A stretch of DNA of 64,000 bases from Lama guanicoe (lineage: Eukaryota): contig MU053513.1 of the NCBI GenBank assembly GCA_013239625.1, positions 2,158,927 through 2,222,926 on the forward strand. Direction: 5' to 3'. Made by a program: the position numbers and the translations under genes. This document shows positions 24,711 to 37,559 of this stretch, in pieces. Within the stretch, counting starts at the first letter, position 1; each line of letters starts with the position of its first letter. Under the pieces are notes generated by a model. That model did not search any database, was not told the origin of the DNA, and saw only the letters and a list, made by a program, of their open reading frames with translations.

Positions 24711-27700
24711 CTGAAATACAACAACAAAATGTGTGCATATTAAATACGTCTTAAAACCACCTTTGTGGAAATGGTGTATATCCCATCTTTGAATGCTGGG
24801 TTGTTTTGGTTCTTTGCATTTATGAAAATAAACCATTTGAGTTGAAATTACGCTCTGATTGAGTAGTTAAGATAACCCCTAAAATTCTTGCCCAATTAGT
24901 TTTCAACTCAGCATTCTCTGTCTTTTAAAACAATTAAGGGAACTATATTGTTTAAAATGGAAGAAACCTATAGAAATGGGGTAAAATGCAGCATGTAAAA
25001 TGCCCCAGTCATGATTTATCTCACTCCTACCCATGCTTAAAGTCTCTAAGCCTCAGTTTCAGAGGGTTTTTTTTAAAGGCTTAGAACATTCAATATCTGT
25101 GAAGTACATATTAAGTGCCTGATACATAGTAAATAACAAATGTTGGTGGTTTTGTCATCATCATCATCAGAAAGTCTCCCCTGTGCCCTCAGGTTGGCTT
25201 TCGGTTCCCTTCCTGGGTGTTCATGACACCCAGAAAAAAAAATCTTACCTGTCATTTATACTAAAATCATCAGTTTATGTGTTGGTCTCCTCTTTTAACC
25301 TATAAGCTCTTCAACAATACACTGTGGGTCTTATTTATTTTTCAATATCCAGCCTCTGACACTGTCCCTTACACATGGCAGGTGCATACTGGACTGCTCT
25401 CTAATTAGGAAAAAAATTCAAGCAAAACAGAGTCTGAGTCTAAAAAAATATTTGCTATACAGTAAGTCACTACAGTATCTGTTCAAGTTACAGAGGAAAA
25501 CCTGGTGTCTGATGGGTCACATGTACCAGTTTCTAAAAATGCTACACATCTGGAAATGCTGATTCCTTGGAACTGAACTGATGGGCAAAATATTTTCCTT
25601 TGGAGTATTTCATGGAAAAAGCATAGAGGATTATTATCACCATTATCTGTACACAAAACACACACCCTTTGAAAGACTGACATCTTTCCTGAATACAGTA
25701 TTTTATTTTCAAATTATTCTGGTGCAATTTGCTCAAAATGGTAGGCAGTTGCTACCAGGTCCATTTGTCCTCTGAAATCCTAAATAGTGTGGGATAGAGT
25801 GTTCAATCAGAGGACTGACTGCAGAGGGAGGTCAACTGCAGAGGGAGCAGATGAAACTAACCCTAGCATCCACACCCAGTCTGTGGCCATCCACACACCC
25901 ACTGACACGCACTTTGCATTAATGCCTCACACTCCTCCCAGTTAACTCCGTGGCAGTGCTTATGCTGTATTTTTGATTCCAAAAACCATACATTCCTTTT
26001 TCCACACCTTGCAAAAATATGATATGAGATAAAAAGGAGATGCCAGATTATCTGTGCTCCATCAAATCACTCAAGATTAGGTCTTTAATTTCTAAAAAAT
26101 CTCTATTATTGCCTAAAATGAGTGTACAAACTCAGTTCTTTTAATGGAAAATATACATTTCCAGCCTCCCTAAATGACTCTGACTCCCCAAAGGGTACTG
26201 ATTTTAGGAGGGAGAATAGGTTCCACTTATCTGTGAATAATTTGAACAATCAGCCACCATCAGGATCCAAAACCACCAGCAGATTAAAAAAAAAATCACT
26301 CTATTTGAATTAACCCTTCAAGAATTTGGATAATCTAATTTGACTTTCCCCAGTATTCAAATTAATTGCCAAATCTCTGCTCTAAAATGCAGCAATACAA
26401 GATCAATATATACACCATTAGGTTAACTAGAGTTAAGAACTCAGACAAAATCAGGGGAAAGTGGTTTTTGTTTCAAACATTTAATCTAAAAATGGAAACA
26501 TTTCAAAGTTGAACCTACCAGAGATATCCCATTTAGCCTACGTGATGTCTCAAGTCAGGAAGAAATCTGAAAAGGTCGGTTAGATACAGATAGTTGCTTG
26601 ACAATATGCAGATTCAATAATCAGTCACTTGGTCTATAACGATATCTAATATCCACAACTGTGGCCAATGTTTTGGGTTTGGTAGATACCTAATTGCTAA
26701 ACTTCGTATACCTGGAAACTCTGTATAACTATATCGTGGTTTTGAGGGAGAAAATCCAGTTGGAAACTTGAAGCATTTGGTTTTGCTGTCTATACTCACT
26801 GCATGGAGAGCTGCCAGATTTGACTTCTCTCTTGGGCTGTGCACAGCACAGACTCTTCCTACTGGAAGGATGGAGTCTTTGGAGGTCACCAGCAGTCTCC
26901 TTCCATCTTCCTATTGCCTGGGATTGCATTTGAGTACACTGTATTTCTGTATTTCACTTAAGCAAGTTGACTTCCTTTTCTGGGTGTGCCCTATTTTTAA
27001 AACATCTTAGAATGGCCAAGGAAAAGCATCGTACCTCAACAAAAATGTCTGCCATCACTTATTTGCATACACAGCATAGATTTTCATGAACAAACTATCA
27101 AAATTCTCTGTGGTTATCAAAGAGGAAACAGTCCCCAAATTTATAAAGAAAAAAGGTGTACTATTAAGCAGCACTTTGCAATCAGGTGACCTTCCTGTGG
27201 ATGTTTCTAATTACCATTTTAGGGATGAAATTAATCTCAGTAGCAGTATTGATGACAAAAACCTTCAGCTCTTCATTTCCATATTTACTTTTTGAAAATT
27301 AAAAAAAAAACCTTTTAACAAGAATCCAACATACCCCCAAGATCTGTCCTTATGCAACACCTCCAGGTTATTTTCAAACACTAGTAAACGCTTGCTAGAT
27401 TTGGGTCTCGCATACCAGGCTTGTGCTCATTGAGGGATTTACCTGGAAATCTGGGCTTCAGATGGACCTGTAAACCGTGGCTTACAGAGCTGAGAGAAAA
27501 TGAAGATCTGTAATTATGGCGGCCCATTTTAAAGATAATTTGGGAAAACAGAGCCAAAATTATTTTCCCAAGTAGTGTTATAAAATTCCTTTTAGCAGAA
27601 CAAATCCCCCAAACAGGAGAAAGAACAACGCATGACTTAGTTTACTACATCAGTCCACAGCCTATCATCTTTCAGAAATGGGGGACCAGTTTTCAGGGCT

Positions 27701-28713
27701 CGCTCTGTGAAGGTTGGCTCGTTTCCATTTTATTTTGTTTTTTTTTTTTAACCTAAGTAAAAACACAGGATTCAGGAATGTTTTAAAATTCAAATACGGG
27801 GAGAAGGAAGGATGCAAAACGTTCCGCGACATAAGCTACGGTTTAGAACTAACCAAGGTTCCAGTTCATCCCTCAAGCCTCCTCTCCCACATTCCCAAAG
27901 TGTCCCTCATCCTCCGGGTCCCTGGTGCAGGCGATACTGCGATGCGGTCGGAAGACAGAGCAACAGGAGTCACGCCCGCCTAGCTGCTCCCTTTCCACTC
28001 TTTTTCTCTAAGTGGGTTGGAGAGGGCAGGCGAAAGCTATGGGCTGGGGAGGCGAGCAAGGAGAATCATCCTTTCCACGGCGACAGAAAACGTGCTCAGG
28101 AGTTCATTCACCGAAAGCGCAGAGCAGCGCTGGGTGCCTGCCACCCGAGACGCAGCGCTGCACTCGGTGGGTTTGGATTTGCTTTTTGCATCTTCATCCC
28201 TCTCTTTCAAGCCGTCTCTGGGGGAGGGCTGCTTTCATCCCCACTTCCTCTTCAACGCGGGGTGTGGGGGGTCCCCACTCTGGGCACGCGGAGGGACTAG
28301 GGCTCTCGACCCCTCGGTGCCGGTGCCGAATCTTTGCTTGCCGCTGGGCGCCCGCGTGCCCACCTGGCCGGGCCCCGGCACCCTGAGAGCGCGGCCAGAC
28401 GCTGCCTGTAGCCCACCCTGGGTGTCCACATCTGAGGGGTGGGCTGGGGGCAGCCTGCTTCTATAACCCGGCTCGAAGACTGAAACTTGATTTGCAGGAT
28501 GGGGGCTTCTGAGCGCAGCCATCCCACAAGAACCCCCGCAACCCGCCAGAAAGGCGGCTACCCGCGGCAAGAGGGCGAGCGAGCTTCTGCAAGCGCCTTC
28601 ACTTCCGTGCCCCGCGTAAGCGAGGTGGGACGGGGCGCGGCCGCCTCACCCCGAGCCCCGGAGGTGCCCTCTCCCGACCCTCCCGTCCCTCTCTGCCATA
28701 CCTAGCCCCCTAC

Positions 28714-28773
28714 CTCGAAAAGCTGAGGTATTTCCCTCCGGGCCAGATACTCCTTGGCATCGTTGGTGTTCAT
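28714..28773 (-). CDS. AK5: AK5 coding exon 1 (MNTNDAKEYLARREIPQLFE), 60 nt, phase 0
   Basis: The minus strand reads gccATG AAC ACC AAC GAT GCC AAG GAG TAT CTG GCC CGG AGG GAA ATA CCT CAG CTT TTC GAG|gtaggg. This matches the recalled AK5 N-terminus and lies inside the CpG island. Confidence 0.96.
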
Positions 28774-29395
28774 GGCTGTGCCGCGCGTGCCGTGGGGCGC
28801 AGGCGGGAGGCTCTCAGGCTGCGGCGACCTGCGCTGGGGCTGGCGGGTTCCGCGCCGAGCACGGTGCAGCCCTCGCTCTCACGCGCAAATGCTCACAAGC
28901 TCAGCTCTGGCCGCCCAGGCCGGACCCCCTTCTCCGCCTCTCCCCGGGGGCTGTGGTTTCAGCGTTCCCGCCGCCCCCGCTTCAGCGCCGGTCCCCGCGC
29001 CCGAGCTGCGGATTCGGAGCGGCGGCTTCCCGGGCTGCTGGCGGCGCGGCCGCCGGGGGCGGGGCGGAGGGAGCGGAGGAGGGAGGACCGCGCGGCGGAC
29101 GCACGGCAGCAGCCCGCCCGCCTCTCCCGCTCCGCGCCCCGCGCTCTGCGCCTCCGGAGTCGGGTCTGCGGCGGCGGCCGCCAGTCACGGCGCGTGGGCT
29201 GCGCGCGGTGCGGGGGTGGGGACGGCGTGCGCGGGGGGCTCGCAGTCACACCCCACCGTGTCACACCATCGCCTGGGCGCTGCGCGCGCCGCCCCCGGGA
29301 CGCAGCAACCTGGGACCAGGTGGCCAGAGGAACAGAACCGGGGTCTGTAAAAACCTGCCACCCTTTCGCCTCTCCGGACCTCTTTACACAGGCGG

Positions 29396-29400
29396 GCGCG

Positions 29401-29431
<31 letters not shown>

Positions 29432-29436
29432 GCACG
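29396..29436. repeat. Compound (GC)n(AC)n alternating purine-pyrimidine tract
   Basis: A (GC)n run followed by an (AC)n run and gcacg, read directly: 41 bp of uninterrupted purine-pyrimidine alternation. Confidence 0.95.
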
Positions 29437-31519
29437 AGTTACTCCTGCATGCCCAAGGAGCTCCCAGGAAGACACCTAATTGTCACAGAATTTATCTTTC
29501 ATTCCTAAGGTTACCTACCGATCTTTCATAATAGGCAACTGGGAGTAAGGAGAAAAGGGGAATGACGGTGCGGAATCCATCCCTTTAAGATAATTTTTAG
29601 ACCTTGGATATTTCTATCCTTCAGGAAAGTTTTGGTAGCTGGCTTCGAATTTTTTTCTCTCTTAGTGTTACAAAACCTTACAGATTTCGGTATAAGGTTT
29701 TACAGTGAGGTTGCAATCTTCACTAACAGAAGGATTAGTAAGTAATCAGCTAGTTATTTCTGTAGAGAAGGAGGGAAGGTGGAAAAAAGAAGTGGGTGGC
29801 AGTGGAGAGCTGGAGACTTGCTTAATTTGTTTAGTAGGGGAGGTGGATGCCAGCATTAACCTGATGTGCGGAGTGTGAAGTTGGTGGACGTGGACCGTCG
29901 GAGCACCCCAGGGTCAGTATTGGTGGGTATGGGTGGGTAAGGGTGGATGTGAGTGGATGCGCTAAAGCAGCTATACAGGTCAAGTATTTTCCTGTTACAG
30001 ACCATCGTCAAAGTGCACACATCCTCCTCCATGACTCATTTCCCCATTATGATGTCTTTTCATTGTCTGCTGTAAAGGTGGTCCATGCTGTCCTGAGAAC
30101 ATGACCTCTAACTCTGTGCAAGGCCTGACACTGTGTGAGGGCATGTGAGAGGGAAGGAGGCTCTGATAGGCATTGACAGCTGGGGTCAGGCCAGGGAGAG
30201 AGGCAACACTGCACCTGCTTCCAAAAACCAGTGTCTGAACGTCCATTTCAAGTTCATCTCTGCTGATCTTTTCTTGGTTCTGTTTCTTGTCACACAAAAA
30301 ACTGCTACTCATGCCTTCACTATAGCTGCAGTTTTGTTTTCCCCAAAGGAGGGGCTCAAAAATTAATTGAGTTTCGTAAAGTAAATGAAGTTTTCTGAAC
30401 ACTTGTGAAACCATGTGTCATATGGTAGCTTTAAATGAGGCAGGTGTTCCTATTCCATGGAAGTGGGTTTCTGCCCTCAGAATATGCCACATCACTTACT
30501 GTTCCAGCCTCTGACATTCTTTTTCTTGTTTAACAGCAGGTTAGGGCAAGAGTGAAGCATTGTCTCTTCCCGATGTGACAATGCTATGAATACCAGGGTC
30601 CGTGGCATGAAAGCTTACTTTATGAGCAGGCACAGCCAAGGCAAAGCACCTAAGACTGAAGAGGCCACTTTCTGCCGGACCTTTCAAGGTCACCCTTTAC
30701 AGACAAGAACCCATCAGAGCACAGCTCACATCTTCCCTCCTGGGGAGGAATGGATCCTGAAGGGATACAGGATACTAAAAGCACTTTAGTGTAGTGAGGC
30801 AAGGATGGCAACTTGCTTGTATAAAGAGAATGGATAAGACTGTATTGCATTAAATATCCTAGACAGCCTGAAAAACGTAGCAGCTGGAGATACGGCAGAT
30901 TTTCAGGTAGCCTTATGCACTGACAATCAGTGCTTTTTGGTGTGTTCCAGATGTAAGAGAGCAGCAAGATGCTCATAGTTGCTTTTGCAATGGGAGTTGT
31001 AGCCTGTTATGGAAGGGCTATATGGGGGAAGTATAATGCTTCAAAGCCAGGCTGATGGTTTGGAAGAGAGGAAAGAGAAAGGACAAAGGACAACAAATAT
31101 ATTCTTGCCATGGGAGACCTGGTTCATTATTTCCTGACATGAAATTCTGAGGGTGGGTGTATAAAGGGCTCATGGCCCTTTGCCCTTTGTTCTCTTGGGG
31201 ATGCATTCCTGCAACTCTGACAAATCAAGATGCCTATTGCATGCCTGGTGTCTCTGGGCAGAATCTCTTCTGCTCCCCTGTCGGGAGAGTGTGCTAGTTT
31301 ATACAGCAGTGAATAAGGCAAACATGATTCCTGCTGTCAAGGAATTTACATTCTCCTGGTGAGTGTGTGTAAGAAGTGCAGATGGTCAATAAGCAAGTAA
31401 AAATGCACAAACAACATTGGGTAGTGATAAATGTAGGGCAGATAAACAATTAACCCTCTCTCCAAAAGACGTAAGTAAGATACCAGATAGTGATCAATGT
31501 AATGATGAAAATCAAACAT

Positions 31520-31595
31520 ATGTCTGAACTATTATGCTGTACACCAGAAATTGACACATTATAAACTGACTATACTTCAATTAAAATTAAAAAAA
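31520..31595 (+). mobile_element. Short L1 3' end insertion
   Basis: Same 3' end as the copy at 17180 (aaattgacaca...actgactatacttcaatt). TSD gaaaatca(a/g)acat at 31507-31519 and 31596-31608. Confidence 0.85.
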
Positions 31596-33490
31596 GAAAA
31601 TCAGACATGCTTAACTGTTGATGTGACGCAAGGGGGCGGAGTCCAGTTTATTTGCTGGACGTAGCCGAGGAAGTCCTGATAAACTTTGGGATGATAACTA
31701 GAACTTTCCAAAGGTCTAGACATCCTTGAGAAGGCGGTTCTTGGTGGGAATTTCTCTGGATGATCCCTAAAGGGAGCTCAGTGTTGGCACACAGGCTGTG
31801 TCTCAGTAAAGGGCCACACCTTGCTCTGTCCCTGTTAAGTAGATGTCTCAGAGTAGAGACCATTTGCTCCATCCACACAAAGAAGACTCAGAGACTCTAA
31901 ACCCAGGACAGCGCTTCCAACAACCCACAGAGATGGCTGGGGCCTATGCTTAAATCCTCATTCATTCCTAACAGGTACTTACCCCATCTATAGTTTAAAT
32001 GGAGCCAGCTTAACCACAGAAAATTGTACTGATAATGTTCCAACTGTTTCTCATTTACAGTTCCTCACCCCAGGAGAGGGGCCCTAATGGGATCAGTCAT
32101 CAGCACTGGTACAGTTGATAGTAATGACATGATGACAAGTTTGGCCATAATACAAGGTAAAAATTTGTTGAGTGTTATGAGTCAGGCATTGTGATAAGTC
32201 CTTTATAAAGTGCATTACATATGCCATATTTAATTCTTAAATCAACCTGTGAGATATATTTTATATTCATTATATAAATGAAATAACTGAGATTCAGAGA
32301 GCCCTACTGCTGGGTTATACTGGTGGTCACTGTCAGTCCCACTGCTAAACCTTGAGCATCCTCACCCTGAGAACATCATCATCATGCCTTTCACGGTTAC
32401 AAAGGCCTGCAGCTGTTTTTCCTTTGCACCTTTCAGTGTTTTCTGAAGGTTCTTTCATTCTTCCTCCTATTCCGTTCCTTCCTTTCTTTTTCTCAGCAGA
32501 TGTATTTTGTGTTTGAGGGGGAGTATGTTGTTTAAAACACAGGCCCCACCACAGAAAACATACAATAACAAGTTTATCCTCATAGATTTTCTAATTGTTC
32601 AAGATCCTTTTCTATTTGAAAGTTTTTTTCTGGGTTTGGAGTTTGAACGGACACCACAACATTCCTATGTATTGAATTCTTGAGTGTTTATTTCTCTCAT
32701 TTGGCACACACACAAAAATCTCCCTCCTAATTATTCTGTTTCCCTCACTAATTGACAACCCAGTGGGCCATTTGTGTTTTCAGGGACATTTGTAAATGTT
32801 TTGCTTATCCAGAGAAAAATCTAAATATATAAGACTTTCCATATTGGGTATATTGTCCTGATAAATATGCCCCTTATTTACATTTTTTTTTCAGACTGTC
32901 TTTCTGAGGCTTTTACTTTTTTTGTAAGTGTGGAATACACATACTGGTCTGTGGAATCTGGGTAAATGCAGGCTGAAATTATAGTGTATAACACAATTGT
33001 CCAGCCAAAGCAGAATTTCTCTATGCTCTATTTCTTTTCTCCATACTGGCCAAGTAGCTGAGCCAGACACTTGGATTCTGGATCTCAAAGACTGCTAGAA
33101 ATTCTTTGGCTAGTGGAGGTTAGAGGTAAGAGATTGAAAACTTTCCTACAATGTCTGACAGCGTTAGGAATATTTCCAAGTGTATAATTTATACACCAAG
33201 AATAGCTAAGATTTGGAAAATCTTATATACTCGTCTATCTATTCATTCAGTAATACATCCATTGATCAAACAATTATGAAATGACCTTTTATGTTCCAGA
33301 CCTATGTTTGGAACTGGGAATACAAAGAACAAGACTCAAGGGGTTCACTGCCTGGTAGGGAGAGATGTAATAATTAAGTACAGGTAAACGTAATGATATG
33401 TTTTAATAACATGATAGAAGTAGATATGTGGAGGCAGGCTGTTTTGGTGGGGACACAAAAGTATATGACTCATATAAATATGTATATGGT

Positions 33491-33664
33491 GGTGGGTAGG
33501 AGGGTATAGCTCAGAGGGTATAGCTCAAAGGGTAGAGCACATGCTTAGCATGCATGAGGTCCTGGATTCAATCTCTAGTCCCCTCTCTGAAAATAAAGAA
33601 GTAAATAAACCTAATTACCCCCCACATAAACCAAATAAAATAAAACAAACAAATTTTTAAAAAT
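33491..33664 (+). mobile_element. tRNA-derived SINE (camelid vic-1-like) with TSD
   Basis: A-box gtatagctca, B-box ggattcaatct and an A-rich tail. 13-bp TSD atatgtatatggt at 33478-33490 and 33665-33677. Confidence 0.88.
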
Positions 33665-34639
33665 ATATGTATATGGTAAAAAAAAAGCACTTAGAAAGTT
33701 AAAAAAGAAATACTTTCTTTCAGCATTTATTTACCACCCTTAAAAAGTGTTTGTTTTTTCAGTTGTTTTCCCTTCCAAATTTCCCCCAGATACGTATCTT
33801 TTCAGAAACATTGTCCTAACTGTAATTACACACATTTCTATGCTTTACATGGCTATCTTTAAAAATAACTTTTTAAGAGTTTGTTCAGAAGTTTTGACAT
33901 AAGCAACTTAATAATTTTTCCCATGGCTGCACATTTTTGGTTGCTTCTACCATTATGCTATTATAAGAAAATCTGACATGAAGCAGTCTGTGTATATTTT
34001 TTTCACATTTTAAATTATTCCCTAGAAAAATGTGCCCAAATGGGGTTACTGGATACAATGGAAAATGCATTTTGTGGTTCTTGATTTATTTATCAAATTT
34101 CCAGAAGGGTCTAATCCATTTACAGTGCTGTAAGCAATATTTGTAGTGTTTGAGAGTTCCAGTTTTACTACACTGTCACTAAGAAGGAAATATTTATTTT
34201 TAATTCTCAATTTTACCTTAATAGATCAAAATTACACATTTAAAGAATTCCATCATAACTTAATTCTCATCTACCTTGATAAGTCCTACCTTCTGTTATT
34301 TCCTTTCTCACTTGGGTCCTTTTCTTCATAACTCCCTTTTCTTTCATTATCTTTCTTTTGCTGTTCTCCCACGATCATGCTTTGTTTATGACTCTATTAT
34401 AGTATTCCCTATATTATGCCTTATAGAGAAGTTATTTGCAAAACTGTCCATGTCCTTTGATAGCTGTTAACACCTTTTGGAGGGACTTTATCTTTGTATC
34501 TGCCACAGTGCCCAGTGCAGTTTCTTACACATTATGGTAAGGCCTAACGTATGAAATACTTTACCGCAATGTCTTGTTTAATTCACAAAATATCTTGAAG
34601 TAGGCATTATTTTCCACTTTTAGATAAGAAGATAATGAA

Positions 34640-35870
34640 AATGAGTCCCAGATTACACAAGTAAAAACTGATTTAAATATATACATAGAAATCAAGTGCA
34701 GATGGATTTCAGATCTAAATATTAATGGTAAAACCACAAAGCTTTTAGAAGAAAACAAAGGAGAACATGTTTGTGACCAAGGAGTAGACAACAATTTCTT
34801 AAATAGTCATTAAGGATGTTTGTGTATATATATATTTTATTGAAGTATAGTCAGTTTACAATGTGTCAATTTCTGGTATATATGCAAAAATAAAATAAAA
34901 TAAAATGGTTTTTAAAAAATGTATTTGTAGTAAAAGAATAAATTATAAATCAGACTACATTAAGAGTAAGAACTTCTGTTCCTCAAAAGACATCATTAGA
35001 GAATGAAAAGGCACTCTGTTGAGTAGGAGAAAATATCTGCAATACATAGATCCAACCAGGGACTTTAATATATAAAGAACTTCTACAAATCAATAAGAAA
35101 AAAATTCTAATAGAAAAATGGACAAAAGACTTGAGCAGACACTTCTCAAGTGGGGATCTCTAAATCCAAATTCAAATGGCCGATAAATATGTGAAAAGCA
35201 ATAATTTCTTTAGTCATCAGAAAAATGCAAATTAAGCCATACCCGTCAATAGGGTTAAATTGAAGGAAAGACAGTAAATACCAGTGTTAATGAGGCTGTG
35301 GAGTAATCAGAACACATATACATTGTTGGGGGAATGTAAACTTAGACAACCACTTTAGAAAACCATTTGGGAATAACTATTAAAGCTGATTAGTTTTGTA
35401 TTTACCAAGATATGTATTAGAATGTTCATAGAAGCACTATTCTAAATAGCTCTAAACTAGAAACTACTCCAATGTTCACCAACAATAGAATACAGAAATT
35501 GTGTTAGATTCACAAAGTGGAATACTATAAGCCACAAGAGTTAACAGTCTACAGCTACATGTAACAATATGGACAGACACAATATTGAGTAAGCACCAGA
35601 CATAAGAGATACAAGCTATGTGATTTCATTTATATAAAGTACAAAAGCAGGCAAAAGAATCTATGCTGCTAGAAATCAGGAGAGTGGTTACCCATAGGAG
35701 CATGAAGTGAGGGAGAGAGCTCAAGGAAGGTTTGGGGTATACTGCCCATGCTGCTCCTTGGTTTGGGTGCAGGTGACTTGGGTGTGCTCATCTTGTGAAC
35801 ACTCATTCCGCTATGCAAATAGAACATGCACTTCTCTGTATGTATACTATACTTCAATAAAGAGACATAC
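34640..35870 (+). mobile_element. Old L1 (L1MB/MC-type) 3' portion with a short younger antisense L1 tail at ~34836-34880
   Basis: L1 ORF2-end and 3'UTR motifs (ttttagaagaaaacaaaggagaa, aatggacaaaagacttga, atactatacttcaataaa). Confidence 0.75.
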
Positions 35871-36739
35871 TAAAAAGTAAAAGATGGTGAACTATGGGAT
35901 TTAAACCCAAGACTATTTCATTCTTAAATCCCATGCCCTCCTAACAGTTCCATGCTATTTTATCATTTAGTAAGCAGATCAGAAGTGAATTTGCAATCCA
36001 TGGCCCTTTGCTTCTGCCTTTATTATTGCACTTAGAGTCGAATTGCTGCTATCAACACTATGCCGTTTGTAAGTAATAACTTATTTGCAGCTTAGTCTTT
36101 TTCCGTGTAAGCTTCTGAGCTTCTTGTCAGCTGGACCGCCATGTCCTAGAAATCTTCATTTTCCCAGTGCTTTGGACACTGCCTGGCTTAAAATAGATAC
36201 ATGAATGCAGGAATGAACTATCTGTATCTGTATACATAGAATGCTTAGAATTCAGCCAAAGAAATTTAGAAGGATATCTTAGCAGGAAAGAGTAAGCTTT
36301 CTAATATTAAAAAAAAAAAAATCCAAATAGGTTGAAACCTTTTAAAATTACACCATGTTAACTTGAAAGAGTTAATGCCATTTGTAGATATTTCTAATTT
36401 ACCATATGGGAGTTCAGGTGCTGAGAAAATCTAGCTCAAGCAATGCCTTTGTAATGTCTAGAAATATAATGGTTTATAGCTACATGATTAGGCTACATAA
36501 AATGAAAGCAGCATTTTACAATAATTCATTCAGTCGAGTATTTCTTGAGCACCTACTATGAGCTGCCAGCACACAGGCAAATAAGACACATGCACAGGAC
36601 ATGCATCTAGAAGAGAGAAACAATAAGATACATGTGCCACAAGTCATTAGTGTTTCATAGGTTGTTAGAATGTGATAAACATCATGGGAAAAGAAAACGT
36701 AGATGAGAGTAAGGAGGGCCAGGGGCCAGTTACAAGTTT

Positions 36740-37559
36740 TTTAAGAATTTTAAAATTTTTATACAGTTTTTAAAGGTGATTTTCCATTTACAGCTGTTAC
36801 AAAATATTGGCTGTATTCTCCACGTTGTATAATATACCCTTGAGCCTGTCTTATACCCAGTAGTCTGTACCTCCCACTCTCCCACCCCTGTACTGTCCTC
36901 TTCCACTAATAACCACTAGTTTGTTCTCTATATCTGTGAGTCTGCTTCTTTTATGTTATGTCCACTAATTTGTTGTATTTTTTAGATTTCACATATAAGT
37001 GATATCATACAGTATTTATCTTTCTCTGTCTGACTTATTTCACTTAGCATAATGCCCTCCAAGCCACCTATGTTGCTGCAAATGGCAAAATTTCATTCTT
37101 TTTTATGGCCGAGTAGTAGTCCATTGTGATACACACACACACACGTACACATATATACACACGCCCCATATCTTCTTTATCTTTTCATCTGCTAATAGAC
37201 ACTTAGGTTGTTTCCATATCTTGGCAATTGTAAATAATGCTACTATGAACATTGGGGTACATGTATCTTTTCGAATTAGCTTTTTTGGTTTTTTGACATA
37301 TATACCCAGGGGTTGAATTGCTGAGTCATATGGTAGTTCTATTTTCAATTTTTTGAGAAACCTCCATGGTGGCTGTACCAATTTACATTCCCATTAACAG
37401 CGTGCAGAGGTTCCCTTTTCTCCTCACCAACCTTTGTTATTCGTGCTCTTTTTGATGATAGCCACTCTGACCTGTGTGAGGTGGTGTCTCGTTGTGGTTT
37501 TGATTTGCATTTCCCTGATGGTTAGTGACGTTGAGCATCTTTTCATGTGCCTATGGCTG
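36740..37559 (-). mobile_element. L1 3' portion inserted into an L2 element
   Basis: Minus-strand peptides of the ORF2 C-terminus ([36 protein letters not shown]). The flanks repeat gttacaa-ttt, and L2-like sequence continues on both sides. Confidence 0.88.

Larger units (their letters stand above)
27850..29440. promoter_or_regulatory. AK5: CpG island / AK5 promoter, 5'UTR and start of intron 1
   Basis: GC content and CpG density rise sharply around exon 1. There is a GC box ggggcgggg at about 29056-29064 and no minus-strand ATG for about 500 nt upstream of the start codon. Boundaries are approximate. Confidence 0.92.

Noticed and set aside
25819..25848. 13-bp direct repeat actgcagagggag x2
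   Set aside because: There are only two units with a 4-bp spacer, so it is an ordinary micro-duplication and not an array.
27812..29531. Several overlapping 110-238 aa ORFs on both strands
   Set aside because: These are Ala/Arg/Gly/Pro-rich products of a stop-poor CpG island with no recognisable domain. The real coding exon here is only 60 nt.
33491..33580. tRNA-like sequences (also 41620-41698 and 61510-61582)
   Set aside because: They carry A/B boxes but also A-rich tails, a TSD in one case, and diverged stems, so they are SINEs rather than tRNA genes.
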